NCBI RefSeq assembly: GCF_009914755.1
Contig: NC_060925.1
From: the human T2T-CHM13v2.0 reference genome, Homo sapiens
Direction: 5' to 3' (one strand)
DNA length: 64,000 nucleotides
Shown here: piece by piece, positions 15,118-31,814 of the stretch
Numbering within the stretch: position 1 is the first letter of the stretch
Layout of the letters: each line of letters starts with the position of its first letter
Made by a program: the position numbers and the translations under genes
The notes under the pieces: generated by a model
Seen by the model: only the letters and a program-made list of their open reading frames with translations
Told to the model about the DNA's origin: nothing
Databases searched by the model: none

Positions 15118-15468
15118 GACAGATTTTAGAGTGGTTATAAAGAAATCAGTGAGCTGCATACTTCGAGGCAATTTTTATTTTTAATATTTTTTTCCCCTTC
15201 ATGCAAACTGTGGCATCAGGTGGGAGATAGTACTTTATGGAATATCTGGGATATAGTTACCATATTTTGCTACTTTAATATGGGTCTGCTGGCCTTGATA
15301 GACAATTGAGCTGGGGCAGTGCTGATAGTTTCTTATTAAGAGAGGAACTTAAACTCAGATTAATTCCCACACAGATGGACATTCTGTCTCTACTCACAGA
15401 TAAGCCAATCATGGAATGAGAATAGCAACAGTTCCTCTCAGACAGTAATAATCTAGGTTCTGCATTAA

Positions 15469-16875
<1,407 letters not shown>

Positions 16876-17533
16876 TACAGACTATTGGACAATGAAATTT
16901 TCTTGCATATGGAAGAACCAGAAAAAATGTTGATCTGAAATATTTTAAGGTGGGAACCAAACCCTCATCTTACCTGTAAAAATCTCAGCGAAGCACTCTT
17001 AGAATGCCTACCTTTGAGCATTGTTATTTTCTGGTGGACACACTATGATAAATTATTTGTGGATTATAGCTCTGAGTTATTTTAGGTGTTGTTATTTATA
17101 ACCTAGTGAAAAGATGGGGAAATAGCTGCTAAAAGTAACTTTTCTCTTTCTTAAGCTAGCAGGCCTGTAGCCTACTTTACGCCACTTTTAGGTTGTGTTT
17201 TTAAAGTTTCTCATATGCCTATGGTAGAAAGTTTGTATTTGTTTTCTTTAATAGGAAGATACAATGTCATTCCGCAAAAGCCAAAACAGATCTGAAGAAT
17301 TTAAGGATGTGGAGTGGAGTCATGAAAATGCATCCCTGCTTTAACCCAAAAATAAAACTGTGATTTGCTCTGTTAAACAATTCTTATCCATCCTGACCTT
17401 GTCCTTAATACTCACAGTATGTTGATTATTTATACTTGACATTCCTGAGAAAACAAGGGAATGTAGGATTTGGTAACTGGTAGCTAGAAACTCATATACC
17501 CTATTCGGGAAAATAACACATTTGTGAAATATT

Positions 17534-17562
17534 ACACATACACATACACACACACACACACA
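17534..17562. repeat. (CA)n microsatellite
   Basis: Read directly from the sequence. Confidence 0.85.
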
Positions 17563-18244
17563 GAAAAAGACATTTATGGATGGTTGAGGAAATATCACAG
17601 GGCAATTGTTAATTGAATGCAAAACTGGTTGACAAACAGCACAAATGCCAAGAAAACTCAGTTTGCTCAACTACTTATAGTCATGCAAAGAGCACAGAAA
17701 GATTTAGTGCTGGTTAAGTAGAGATGATGTGTAGGTGAGATAATGATTTTCAATTCCTCTGAAAAGGATTTTTTTAAAGAAATAAAGTGTGACTATTGTA
17801 ATCAAACATAGATTTTTAAAATTCAAAACAAATAGTATTCATGGCATATTACATTTGAATATCACCATGTAATTTTCATAGTTCTTTTCACATATCATTT
17901 ACTCTTCCCTCATGCAAGCTCCCCCAAAAAGACAAGGGACACATTTTTCCTGATTTACTGATGAGAATATTGAGGCTCCAAAAGGTGATGAGGTTTGCTT
18001 AGGGGGGAGCAATGAATATATCTTAGGAATTTTATCTATTCCATGTTTTTTCTTTAAATAGTTAATTACCAATAGGTTTAGACATACCAGATAACCTGAT
18101 ACCTTCCTTTTTCCATATGATACCCACAAAGTTTCCTTTTGGTTCCTTGGTAAACAAATGAAGAAAATGAGATTAGCAGCTACAGCCTCTGCCTATATTG
18201 ACCAGCCATCTCTTTTATTTATTTTTACTTGATAAATGTGTTAA

Positions 18245-18595
<351 letters not shown>

Positions 18596-19699
18596 TAGTC
18601 ATCATAGCACTGTCCAGAGCTAGGGGAGATTTACAAGACCTGTGTCCACCCTTCTCATCCTGAAGTCGTTTGCAGTCAATTTGAGGAAACATGATATACA
18701 CTCAGGACTAGGGGACAAGCCACTGTTTTGGATAGTACACCATTAAGTGTTGAAATGTGGGGTGACAGGTGTGCTGAGTTAGCTGTCCCATTCAGGAGTG
18801 GCCTTTCAGCAGAGGTGGGTCTGATTCAGGTGAAATGGGACTTCAACTAGATTTTTTAATGATTGATTAGACTCCTTGAGTGGGTAGAGCTGGAGAAGGC
18901 ATTCTAGTGGCATGAAGCTTGGTTTAGGAAACAAGAAATGAATCTGGGAAGGAAGATGGTGGGAATATAGGAACGTTGAAATGATATTTAAGTTGAAGAG
19001 TTGGGATTTGATTCTGCAGACACGGAGGAACCATGGAAGAAATCTGTTTTGCTTATTTTCTGCTAGTGGAGCTACGTGATGAATGGGAGGCTTTGAGATT
19101 ACTGTTACAGCCCAGTAATACATTACAGTTCTGAGGTGTGGTTCAAAGACAGGGGGACTGACCAGATACTTTTGTTTGTTTATATGAGGTTTTATAGAGT
19201 GCTTTTAGCATGCTTTGTATTTTGGTGAATGATGAAACTCAGTGAGATAGTTTATCCCCTTGGTTGTTGGTGCTACCTCTTTTATATGGAAAAAACTATG
19301 TCTGAGGCTGTTAGTAGGATGATGGCTCTCTAGGCAAAAGTCTTTTTGTGGTTGATCATGATGCCAGGTCTGGAGCCTCTCAGTCACTCCAGCCCTGCTT
19401 CTCTCCACCAACTCCCAGAGGAGCTGGTAGGCCAAGCATTTTTCTAAGCATGCTATAGATAGCATATTTTACACATGAGGAACCGAAGCTCAGGCTTAGA
19501 AGCATGCTGTTGTGGCCAATTTGGTTCTGCTACTCTGGAAAATATTAGGAGGGCAATGGCTGCAAAGATTTAAGATAGGCTGTTTTCTGGGGCTGTGTAG
19601 AAGAACTGTAGCTAACTGTAGCTAAAATAGGTATCATTACCACTAACTGGAGGGCGGTGAAGGATAGAGTGGAGAGGGCATTACATTTCAGAAACTTCT

Positions 19700-20008
19700 T
19701 TTCTTTCTGTTTTTTTGAGACAAGGTCTTGCTCTGTTGTCCAGGCTAGAGTGCAGAAGCATAGTCATCATTCATTACAGCCTCAAACTCCCAGGCTCAAG
19801 TGATCCTTTCACTTCAGCCTCCTGAGTAGCTAGGAATAAAAGTGTGTGCCACCATCCCTGGCTAATTTTTTAAAAATTTTTAAATATTCTGTAGAGGTGG
19901 GGTCTCACTGTGTTGCCCAGGCTGGTCTTGAGCTCCTGGGCTCAAGCAATTTACCTGACTTTGCCTCCCAAAGTGCTGGGATTATAGGCGGGAGCCACAT
20001 GCCTGGCT
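19700..20008 (-). mobile_element. Alu (AluJ-like)
   Basis: Antisense dimer. Confidence 0.88.
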
Positions 20009-20149
20009 ACAGTTCAGTTGTTTTCTTAAGCCATCACAGTATCCATGTTACCTCTTAAGAACTGACTTGTCAATTTTATCATGTGCTGCTCTTGAATAAG
20101 TGCATCTTAGCTATCCCCAACAGCCTTGCATTTACTGTTTTTAAAAAAA

Positions 20150-21580
20150 TTATTAAAAAAATTTTAACTGTTGCAAAATACACAGAACATTAATTTACCA
20201 CCTTAACCATTTTAAGTGTCCAATTCAGTGTTGTTATGTATATTCACATTGTTGTGCAATCAACCTCCAGAATTTTTTCTTCTTGCAAAACTGAAAGTCT
20301 GTACCCGTTACATTGCAACAACTTCCTATCCCCCATCTCTCCAATCCGGGCAACCACCATTTGACTTTCTGACAATATGAATTTGACAATGTTATGTACC
20401 TCATATGGGTAGAATCATACGGTATTCGTCTGTTTGTAGCAGGCTTATTTCATTTAGCCAAATGTCCTCCAGGTTCATCCATGTGGTAGCATGTATCAGA
20501 GTTTCCTTCTATTTAAAGGCTAAATAATTTCCCAGTTTGTATATATATCACATTTTGTTTATCTGTTCATTCATGGATGGTCACTTGGGTTGCTTCCACC
20601 TTTCGGCTGTTGTGAACATGCTGTTATGAACATAGGTGTACAGATGTTTCTTTGAGATCCTGTTTTTAATTCTGTGGCATATATATCCAGAAGTGTAATT
20701 GCTGGATCATATAGTAATTCTATTTTTAATTTTTTGAGGAACTGCCATATATTTTCCATAGCAACAGTATCATTTTACGGTATCACTAATAGTACACAAT
20801 GCTTTCAATTTCTCCAATCCTTGCCAGCACTTATGTTCTATCTTGTTGTTGTTGTTTTGGATAGGGCCTTGCTCTTTTGCTGAGCTGGAGTGTAGTGGCG
20901 TGATCATGGCTCACTGCAGCCTTGACTTCCGGGGCTCAAGTGATCCTCCCAAGTAGCTAGGACTACAGGTGTGTGCCACTATACCTGGCTAATTTTTATA
21001 TTTTTGTAGAGATGAGGTTTTGCCATGTTGCCCAGGCTGGTGCTTTATTTTGTTGTTGTTGTTGTTTGTTTGTTTTTTAAATAGCCATTCTCTTGGGTGT
21101 GAGGTGATTTCATTGTGGTTTTGATTTGCGTTTCCATAATGATTAGTGATATTGAGCATCTTTTCATGTGCTTGTTGACTATTTTGTGTATCTTCTTTGA
21201 AACAATGTCTATTCAAGTCCTTTGCCCATTTTAAAATCAGGTTATTTGCTTTTTGTTGTTGACTTGTTAGGAGTTCTTTCTATATTCAGGATGTTAAATC
21301 CTTATCAGGGTTGATTTGCAAATACTTCCTCCCATTTTGTAGGTTGCCTTTTCACTCTGATTGTGTCCTTTGATGCACGGAAGTTTTAAATTATGATATA
21401 GTTCAGTTCATTGATTTTTAAAAAAATTTTTGTTCCTTGTGCTTTTGTTGTCATATTCAAGAACTCATTGCCAAAAACAGTGTTACCAAGTTTTTCCTGT
21501 ATGTTTTCGTCTAAGAGTTTTGTAGTTTTAGGTCTTATGTTTCAGTCTTTGTTCCATTTTGAATTTTTGTATATGGGGTA
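20150..21580 (-). mobile_element. L1 (L1MA/MB-like) 3' end, with an Alu fragment nested at about 20845-21042
   Basis: Minus-strand ORF2 C-terminal translation (MENIWQFLKKLKIELLYDPAITLLDIY) and a typical 3'UTR. Confidence 0.88.
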
Positions 21581-23264
21581 AGAATTTACTGGGTTTTAAT
21601 GAAAGCAAATCTCAAATGAAGTTTTGCCCAACATGTAAACATTTATTAAACATACAACATTAGTTTGCACAAGAGCCTATCCAAGCTGACTTGAGAGTCA
21701 GAGCGTGGCCAGCTTGCCACTCTGGTAGGTGCTTGACCTCACCTTGTGTGAAAGGTCCATGTGATACAAACACCAAGGAATAGGATTCTGTGACCGACTG
21801 TTGGCAACAGGCAAAGAGACATCCTCCTAAACTAGAGGTGGGAGGTAGCACTCTCAGGCTGTCACACCTTGACATCATCCCTTGCCTGAGTTTTATCCTT
21901 TTTAAGTGTGGGGATGTTCTCTGATGTTGTACTCAATCTACTTACATTGAATTCCTTCAGGTTCTCCAATGATAGCTCATTGTCTAACATTCATTATGTT
22001 AATTAAAGCCACTAATTTCACCAATGAAAAACTATTTCTGATATTCAGTATGCTAAATAGCGCAGTTTCTGGTGTTGGTCGAGATAGGATAGCTGGAAGA
22101 TACATGAGTAGCTCAAATGCTTAGCCAGGTCTGAAATGTGGTCCTTTCTGATCCAACGCTGAGGCTAACCCCAGGAATCTGAATTCTCAGTTAGGACCAA
22201 TGACTGTCCCTAAATGTAAAGCTTAAACTAACTGGTCTATACATTGTATCTTCCTGTTCATGCTGGAGATTATTTTATGAATTTCTTAATTTGTTAAATA
22301 CAGAAATAGCAACATCCATCCGATAACTCATTTACTTTGTAGTCTCGACCCAGTGATTACAGTGGTTTTTTGTTTTTCACTTCCACCATACTGTTCTTCT
22401 CTTTGCTTTACTTGATGTGGATCAAAGGTATTAGGGAAATACAACCAGTTAAGAAAAATGTCACAAATATAGGGCATGCATATATTGAGCATATGCATCC
22501 TAAAATGGTTGAACACATTGTTATTCTGAAATCCTAATGAGCAGTTTTCCAAGGTGTTTATAGGCCATGGAGCAGGCTTCCCTGTGAGATTTGTAGTTTG
22601 TCTCCTGGCCCTAGGTATAGTACTAGCTGCTTTCTCATTCTGTCCAGATTCTGTTGGTCTGTAGCTGGCGAGGTCTTTCTTGGCCAGAAGATCCCTATTC
22701 AATTCTTTTTTTTTTTTTTTTTCTTAGCAGGTTCATTCACTGTTTCATGGTTTCTCTCCCAGTTTCCAACCTGGACCCCAGATAAGTCGGTTTCCTGGGC
22801 CTTTTGTGGTTGAAGGCACGGGAGCTATTATTGTCCTGTGGTGCCCAAGTACAGCCTGTCCTTTGACATTCCCACAAGTATATAAACAATTTTAAAAGGG
22901 ATATCATATTCAGATGAATTAAAGATGCTAGTTCAGGGAGTTCTCTGATTGACTGTCTGGACTATCTGATTTTATAATTCCCTGCAGGGCTACATAGCAT
23001 CTCTCCCTCCAAAGAAAGAGGCGTAGGTTTTACTATAGAAATGAAGTTGAGGCAAATGTGGTTATAAAGATAAAATGACTGCGTGAAAAAAATGTGTATC
23101 TTAGGAATCTACACTGAATAGTATAAAAATGCTGTTTTAATGTTTCATATATGTATGCATATATAAGTAATTTACATAGAAATGATTTTGCAATGTATTA
23201 GTCATGGCTTATTTTTTTGTAACTGAATTAATAGCATTTCAACATTTTTTATTTTTAAATATAG

Positions 23265-23438
<174 letters not shown>

Positions 23439-23775
23439 TAACTGGAAGAGGCAAGATAGAGAGAGAGAAGTTTTATTAAATCTTAGTTTTAAGTAATCTT
23501 TTATTTTTAATTGCATGGCATTCAGATATAATCTTCAAAAAGTTTTTACTTTGGGGTCTTTTCTCTCTTTGTTCCTTTTGTTGTCTTATTTTGTGTTATT
23601 GGCTGGGAAGATAGCGTGAGATCAGCCTCAGGTTTATTTGGAGGAGTTCAGCAGGATGATGACCCCAAGCCTGGTTTTAAGAAAACACTTTATATTTGTC
23701 ATACAGAACTGAGAACCATATTTGTGTAACAATCAATGCTTTATGGAATATGGTTGTTTTGTCCTTTTTTCCCCC

Positions 23776-24077
23776 CTTCTTCTTCTTCTTCTTTTTTTTT
23801 TTTTTTCTGGACAAGGTCTTTCTCTGTCACCCAGGCTAGAGTGCAGTGGAGCATGACTCGCTGCAGTCTCAACTTCCCTGGCTCAAGCGATTCTCCCAAC
23901 TGAGCCTACCAAGTAGCTGGGACTCCAGCCATACACCACCACGTCCAGCTAATTTTTTTGTAGAGCCAGAGTCTCACTCTGTTGCCTAGGCTGATCCAGA
24001 CTCCTGGGCTCAAGCAGTTCTCCTACCTCGGTCTCCTAAAGTGCTGGAATTACAGGCATGAGCCACCGCACCTGGGC
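23776..24077 (-). mobile_element. Alu (AluJ-like)
   Basis: Antisense dimer. Confidence 0.88.
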
Positions 24078-24319
24078 TTTTCTTCATTTTGTTGTAATAA
24101 ATTCCCAACTTCCTCCTGGTGGACTGACCAGGCATAAATATTGATTTCTGAAGCATGAGTGAGGAGTAAATAGAAGAACATCATTGCTATTCATAGATTT
24201 CTCCTCCACCCGATTTTCCTAAATGGTAACATAGATATTAGAGTTAAGAATTTTGATTTTTTTTTTCTCATTGGCTCATAGAGAGGAAGACAGTCATTAG
24301 AAACTTATTTTGGATGCAT

Positions 24320-24530
24320 AGTAGAAGAGCATAACTTAAAAGCATGGAGCTTGGGCTCTGCCAACTTATTAGCTTTGTAATCTTAGGCAAATTTCCTAAC
24401 AACTGTATTCAGTTTTCTCATCTGTAAAATGGTGATGAGCATAGCATGTACTGTGTAGGGCTGTTATGAGAATTATAGGCATTTATATGAAGCATTAGAA
24501 TGTAGAATGCAGTGCCTAGCTCCGTGTATT
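24320..24530. mobile_element. MIR
   Basis: Core motif cagttttctcatctgtaaaatgg. Confidence 0.7.
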
Positions 24531-25512
24531 TAATATTATTTATTACAATTATTATCATTGTTTCATGTCATTGCCTTATTCATGAGGTCCCTTTCAACCG
24601 ACAATGACCAACAATGTAAAAGGTTTTATTCCAGTCCCCCACCCAAAGTTCTGCACTTGCCTCCCATTTGCATCCCAGTCTCTGGAGGAATGAATTTGCG
24701 CCTTTTTTCTTTCCACTGATGCACTGAAATGAGGGCCCACACTTGACCTTGAATCTCCCTTTTGAGATGTCCAGTGCTTTTGAAACACTGTTTGATATTC
24801 ACTAGGTGGGCTGTACTCCCTGAAATGAACAACAAATGAGAGAGAGGGTGTAGGAAGTGTTGTTCCAGGAAGTGTTGTTCCAGGTTACTGAGTTTATCGT
24901 AACACTTACAGAGAGCAGTTTCTCAAAGGCCAAGGCAGACTTCCTTTAAGCAAAGATCTTCAGAGATCAGAGACCTCTAACATGATAGCACCTGAAAATC
25001 AAGCAAGTAAAAGGACTTTTCGTTTTCAAAGGAAAACACACAATTAAAAGTATTGATCCCATTTTCTACACTACTCTATTTATGATAACATTTATTGATA
25101 CAAAATACTTAGGGGTAGATATAGTTGAATTAATCAGTTGCATGGAGAGCCCTTTTATCCCATGTTTTGCATCATTGATTGGGTGATATTTTCATGTTTT
25201 CTGTTCCCTACTGTATCATTCTCAACTTTTCTAACTGAAACATTTATATGATATTCTTAAATTTTAGGGAACTTTATAAAACATTATGAAACATTTTATG
25301 TTGCTGGTATATATACTGGTGGAGCACTTGACTCGAAGTTAATTGAATGTGATAACCTGAATTTTAGTTTGGTAAAAGATGATAGTTGGAATTGATACCA
25401 GGAAGTTTGTCACCTGGTTTTTGCTTCATGATTTGATGTAGCTTGCAAAATGCTAGAGCAAGTGATTTTTAATGAAATAACTTGTCTCCTTTTTAAAAAT
25501 GCATTCTTGAAG

Positions 25513-25524
25513 AGGATGATGGAG
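25513..25524 (+). CDS. FMN2: Candidate alternative 12-nt FMN2 microexon (AGGATGATGGAG); inclusion turns ETESQS into ETEDDGESQS
   Basis: ctcctttttaaaaatgcattcttgaag|AGGATGATGGAG|gtaaga: strong donor, phase 1-1, no stop, TGC at -13..-11. Consistent with my recollection of an FMN2 isoform 4 aa longer. Confidence 0.8.
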
Positions 25525-25910
25525 GTAAGAAGTAATTTAACTTAGTGACTTATTTTTCTCTTGTTGATCTATAAACCCCAGCAGTCATATAGCATTTTTT
25601 CATCAGAGTGATCTAATGGGTCTTTCTAAACTTCTTCTGTTGTGACTCCCTGACGTAAATTTGGAGAGACACTTCCATGAGACAGCCTCGTTCCCAGAAC
25701 CATACCACACTCTCTTCTAATCAGTCAGTTGTAAGAGTGGGCATGTCAGTATCATAGGTAACCTTTGCCTACAGTCTCATGTTTTACATCAATCACAAAG
25801 TTTGATAATATAATTATTAATAGTAATGATCTATTTGTAGTTAACTGATAGGTGCACATTCTTCTGTAGTGACATCTTGGTTAAATCCACTGTATATAAC
25901 ACATGACCCC

Positions 25911-26209
<299 letters not shown>

Positions 26210-26289
26210 TGACCCCTTTCTATTTTAATTCAAAGTGAAAGAGTTCAGTGACATTTTCTGAAGAAGAAAGACTTGCAGGTCTAGCTTAG

Positions 26290-26647
<358 letters not shown>

Positions 26648-28251
26648 TTTTTTCCAGCTCTTAAAATTGGTTACCCAATTCACATGTCCAGCTAGTTCAG
26701 ATTTGTGGTACTCTGTCTTCTGCCTTTTTCATGTATCTCACTTTAACTGCATAGGGAGCATCTCACTTTAACTTTTTCACGATCTGTTCTGTGAAAGATG
26801 GTGTTTTCCTCCTTTATGGATTGGTGAAGGAACTGACCCTTCTTTGTATGAATTGGAAGGGCTGAGGCCATGGTGAGGTCTTGGTGCCTCTTCTCACCAG
26901 TGAGTTGCAGATTCCTGGCAGTCCTTTGTTCTCATCCTGGCTCCCTCTGCAGTTGGCATTGTCTCCACAGATGGGCCTAAAGTGTTAACATTGACCTTTT
27001 GAAGTCTGCAGAACACCCCTGAAGGATAAGACTGGCTGGGAAAAAAGGAAGTAATGTGCTTCCCATGTTGGTGGCATTAAACAAATAAAAAACCCAAACC
27101 AGTTGGTGGCAAAAACATTGATACAAAGAAACCCTTTCTATTTATCATTTTCTCTTTATCTTCTCCCTCAGTTTCCCTTGGCTATACACAGCAGTCTCCC
27201 ACCCATCCATGGCTGTTTCCCACTCATGGACCCTTTTCTGGAGTCCCATGACATCCTATTCATCTCTCTGTCATCTGAATGCTTTACGTATTGAATTTTT
27301 CTGTTTATACATATACATGTCTTCCCCATCAGCTTTCAGAATTTCAAGACTTTCTGGCACATAGTATGTACTTAAATATTTGAGTGAATGATGAAATTCT
27401 TTTGCTGGAAAAGATCTAAATAAACATCTACTTAGCACATTAATGCAAGATTTGAGGGAGAGTTTTGTATGGGCTAAAACAGTTCTTGGACCAATTTAGG
27501 GGCTCAATACCAAGTTTCAAAGGTCATTCAATAGATTTGAACAACATCAAATAATTAACTTGAGTTTTCAAATTCATGGAGAACCTGGAGCAGGAGCAAG
27601 GTGTGTAGATGTGAATAGGGACTTGATCATTGTCGTTTCCTCTGTGGAAAATTAAATCCCTTCCCTTTCTTTGAAAATGTGAATGGCTGAGAGGAAACAG
27701 AGAACTGACTTTTTAGAAAGGCAATCAAGGCACAGAAAATCCTAGAAGAAAATATATGGAAGAGGATCTGGTAGAAATATGGTAGCTGACTTCCTACTGC
27801 AAGGAATAAAAGAAAAGAAAGAAACAAAGAACCATGGCAGAAGATTTTCATGTGAAAATCCTTTAAAATGCAGTTGTGCACTGGCTGAATACATTGTAAT
27901 TCACCTTTGTTCCAAAAAAAGATTTGAGCAGCTTATAAATATGTAAAATGTACAAAAGGATCATAAAGGAATATAGATCAAACGAAAAGGAATTTAGGAT
28001 GGAACAATAAAATGAAGCTGAGATAAGACAGCCAAGTGAAATGTATCTCATAAGGATCTGCCATTTTTAAAGGTAATTGGAAATTTAGCCCTCAGGTGCA
28101 AAGCAGAAAGGGGAATGTGAGTGTCTTCCTCAGTGTCCATGAGATTGAAAACACAGTCACTCACAGAAGCACAACTAATATCCCAAAGAAGTGTCTCTAA
28201 TGGTTCCTAAGAGAAGAAATTCTGTGCCGTGCAATGTCAATACAACTCATT

Positions 28252-28561
28252 TCTTTTCTTTTCTTTTTTTTTTTTTTTGAGACAGGGTTTAACTCTGTCA
28301 CCCAGGCTGGTGTATGGTGGCATGATCCCGGCTCACTGTAGCCTTCGTCACCCGAGCTCAAGTGATCCTTCCACCTCAGCCTCCCAAAGTGCTGGGATTA
28401 CAGGTGTGAGCTACCACTCCCAGCTAATTTTTAAAATTTTTTGTAGATATGAGGTTTTGTCATGTAGCTCAGGCTGGTGTTGAACTCTGGGCTTAAGTGA
28501 TCCTCCCACCTTGGCCTCCCAAAGTGCTGGGATTACAGACATGAGCCACCATGCCTGGTCC
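28252..28561 (-). mobile_element. Alu (AluJ-like)
   Basis: Antisense dimer. Confidence 0.88.
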
Positions 28562-28747
28562 ATTTCTGTGTTTTGTTCAAATGTTTTAACATAAGTTCGG
28601 TTGAGATAATGCAGAAATTCTATAAGGGACCAGGGGAGACTTGGTAGTATTCTATCTCTCTGAGCCCCTCACTTAATCAAGGAATAAAATGTACTGGAAT
28701 AGACTGACTGTGTCTCCCAAAAATAATTACATATTTTCAACATGTAA

Positions 28748-28920
28748 ATATATAATATAATATATATATTATATGATTAGGTTATGATTATATAATATAA
28801 TATATATAAATTGAATATATATTATATATTGAATTAGATAATATATTGAATATTATATATTACATAGTATGTGCATGCATGTATGTGTATACATACATGT
28901 ATATATACACACACACATGC
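28748..28920. repeat. AT-rich / (TA)n low-complexity tract
   Basis: Read directly from the sequence. Confidence 0.8.
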
Positions 28921-29556
28921 CTACATATAGTTTTCATAAAATTGGCCTTGATTTTCTCCTGCGCTAACTAGAGCCTAGGTGTGGCTGTATTTTGTTGACA
29001 ATGAGAGGCAGAGCCTCAGTACTATTAAATAATCAAATAAGCAGATCATGGAATTGGCCTCATTTAGGAAAATTCAGGTATTTAACCTCATCTTCATTTG
29101 TGGAAAGACATGGTATATCAGAATTAAAAACATCTTGCATTTATTAGGCAGCCAATCATAAGTCATGCTATTTAAATGAAGTTTAATGAATTCTGTTTCA
29201 GTTAAATTGACTGGATTTGAATCAAACTGGTATATACCATTAAAGAAGCTATAATATAATAATTTTATATAGCTGCATTTTAACTTAAAATGTCTGTTTA
29301 GAGACTACTTCATTCATTTTTAGAAGGCATATTTTGTATGTATATTTTAAAGGGAGGTTTATTTTCCATTCTTAGCTGAGAGGCATATCCCGCTCATTGT
29401 CTTACTGTCTTCTCTCTGTAAATACACAGCTCATCCAAGTATGTTTTGTTTCGTGAGTGAAAGGCTTATTTTGTGATGGTAAAGAGGTCAGTCCTGAAAC
29501 ATTTGGAGTCCATAGGGAGTCCAGAATTTTAGATTATGCTCGGAATTTTGAGGTAA

Positions 29557-29859
<303 letters not shown>

Positions 29860-30272
29860 TGTTTTTTTTTTTTTTTTTTTTTTAAGAACATTCTGGTTTC
29901 TTAATTTTAAGGATGGGTGAAGGAGGTGGCCATTTTAAATGTACCCTTGAGAGCTCTCTCACCAGGTTAGTCTTTGAAAATAATAACCATTCTAGTGATG
30001 AATATTCGATGGAGATGATCAGTCTGTCCTAGAGCTGGGTTTAAGGCAATTCCTGAAAGTGCCCTGGATCCTGGGAGGAGGAGAGTGTTGGGAACGTGGG
30101 AGTCGGGAGTTCCGGGAGTGATCACTTTCATTTAGGGAGCTCTATGAAAGTTGGAACTAGGCTGATATCTCAGATTCACCTATCTAGTGACTCCACTCTT
30201 CAGCCATTACTGGTACATCAATTTCTCTCCGCTCCCTAAAGGACACTTTCGCCATTTTTCATGTTCCCTTTA

Positions 30273-30727
30273 CTTTCTCCCTCCTATACCTTCCCCTTCT
30301 CTTTCTCCCTCCTATACCTTCCCCTTCTCTTTCTCCCTCCTATACCTTCCCCTTCTCTTTCTCCCTCCTATACCTTCCCCTTCTCTTTCTCCCTCCTATA
30401 CCTTCCCCTTCTCTTTCTCCCTCCTATACCTTCCCCTTCTCTTTCTCCCTCCTATACCTTCCCCTTCTCTTTCTCCCTCCTATACCTTCCCCCTTCTCTT
30501 TCTCCCTCCTATACCTTCCCCCTTCTCTTTCTCCCTCCTATACCTTCCCCTTCTCTTTCTCCCTCCTATACCTTCCCCTTCTCTTTCTCCCTCCTATACC
30601 TTCCCCCTTCTCTTTCTCCCTCCTATACCTGCCCCTTCTCTTTCTCCCTCCTATACCTTCCCCCTTCTCTTTCTCCCTCCTATACCTGCCCCTTCTCTTT
30701 CTCCCTCCTATACCTTTTTCCTTCTCT
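30273..30727. repeat. Polypyrimidine minisatellite, 16 copies of a 28/29-bp unit (ctttctccctcctataccttccccttct)
   Basis: 16 'tatacc' anchors counted. Confidence 0.95.
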
Positions 30728-31814
30728 TTCTTTTATTCTGTATTGTTTTCTTTTTCCTTATCATGTATTTTTCTCTTCTCTCCCAGTGGTTCTCATTTAT
30801 TTTCCCTTTATTTTTCAGTGAAGTTATTCTGTACATCTCTTTCATGTTAAAATCTTGACCCTCTAGAACTCCTATTTTCCAGCTTATGATTTTGAAGACA
30901 GCATTTCAACCTGCAAATTTCTCTTCTGTGTTTTAACACACAGATTCAAACAAATAAAAACTATAATGAAAGGGATGGGATTGGGAGAATGAATTCAGTT
31001 CAGGTAGCCATTGAATTAGACAGAGAGGAGCTGAAAGTTTGGGTGTAGGTGTGCAGAATATTTTGCTGATGCATCTTTCTAATGTGGTTTTCTAAGTACG
31101 TTTTTCTGATAAACTGCACTTGTTCTTTACCATCAGAGCCCAGAAGTTTACTTTTTGGGTCCAGTTACCGGGTCAAGGACTATAGAACAAAGCTAGAAAG
31201 CATTTTATGCATTTCTAATGTAAAGAACTCTTTGTGTACCACCAGGAGAGCCTTTAGGCTCTTGTGGCACGATCTAAATAGAAGAGGAAGAGAGACTTTT
31301 CCCCACTGGTACAAAGCCAAGACTTGTCTTGAGTCTATTGTGTTTGGGAGGATTTGGAAGTGACGAAAAACAATAGAAAATGAGAGCGTTCCGGAGTTTG
31401 GATTTGCTTTAATATTAACTGTTAACTAGCTTTGCTGTTAAAGATCTTTATTAAAATTTGGCTAACTCTGGTGTTAAGTTCAGAGTAGAGATTTGTCAAT
31501 ATAAGAGAAAAGAATCCATTTTTGATTAGCTCAATGATATGCTATATTTATCTGGGAAAATGGTTGTATTTTAAGGCCAGTTGTTTATTGCCACTGTGAC
31601 ACTTACTGGTAAGTGACTGCATCATGCTATTCTCAGTGAGTTTTGTTTTAAAATATATACTCCTAGCTGAGATTCAGAAAATAGCTAAAGGCAAGGCAAT
31701 ATCTATATTGTCTCTTGTAAAATCCTTACTCTCTCTTTCTCTGCCCAGGATACCCCACTTTTCCTGGTGGAACCCACTTTCATGTTCTTATCATTGTTTT
31801 GATCTTTCATTTAT

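Noticed and set aside
22704-22731. Strong-looking acceptor (T-run plus cttagcag) upstream of exon 3
   Set aside because: I could not find a convincing paired donor or a recognisable coding frame; it needs RNA evidence.
30273-30727. Repeat array as a CRISPR-like locus
   Set aside because: The units are directly tandem with no unique spacers, and the context is a eukaryotic intron.
30187-30858. 223-aa and 186-aa Pro/Ser/Leu/Phe-rich ORFs
   Set aside because: Translation of the pyrimidine minisatellite.
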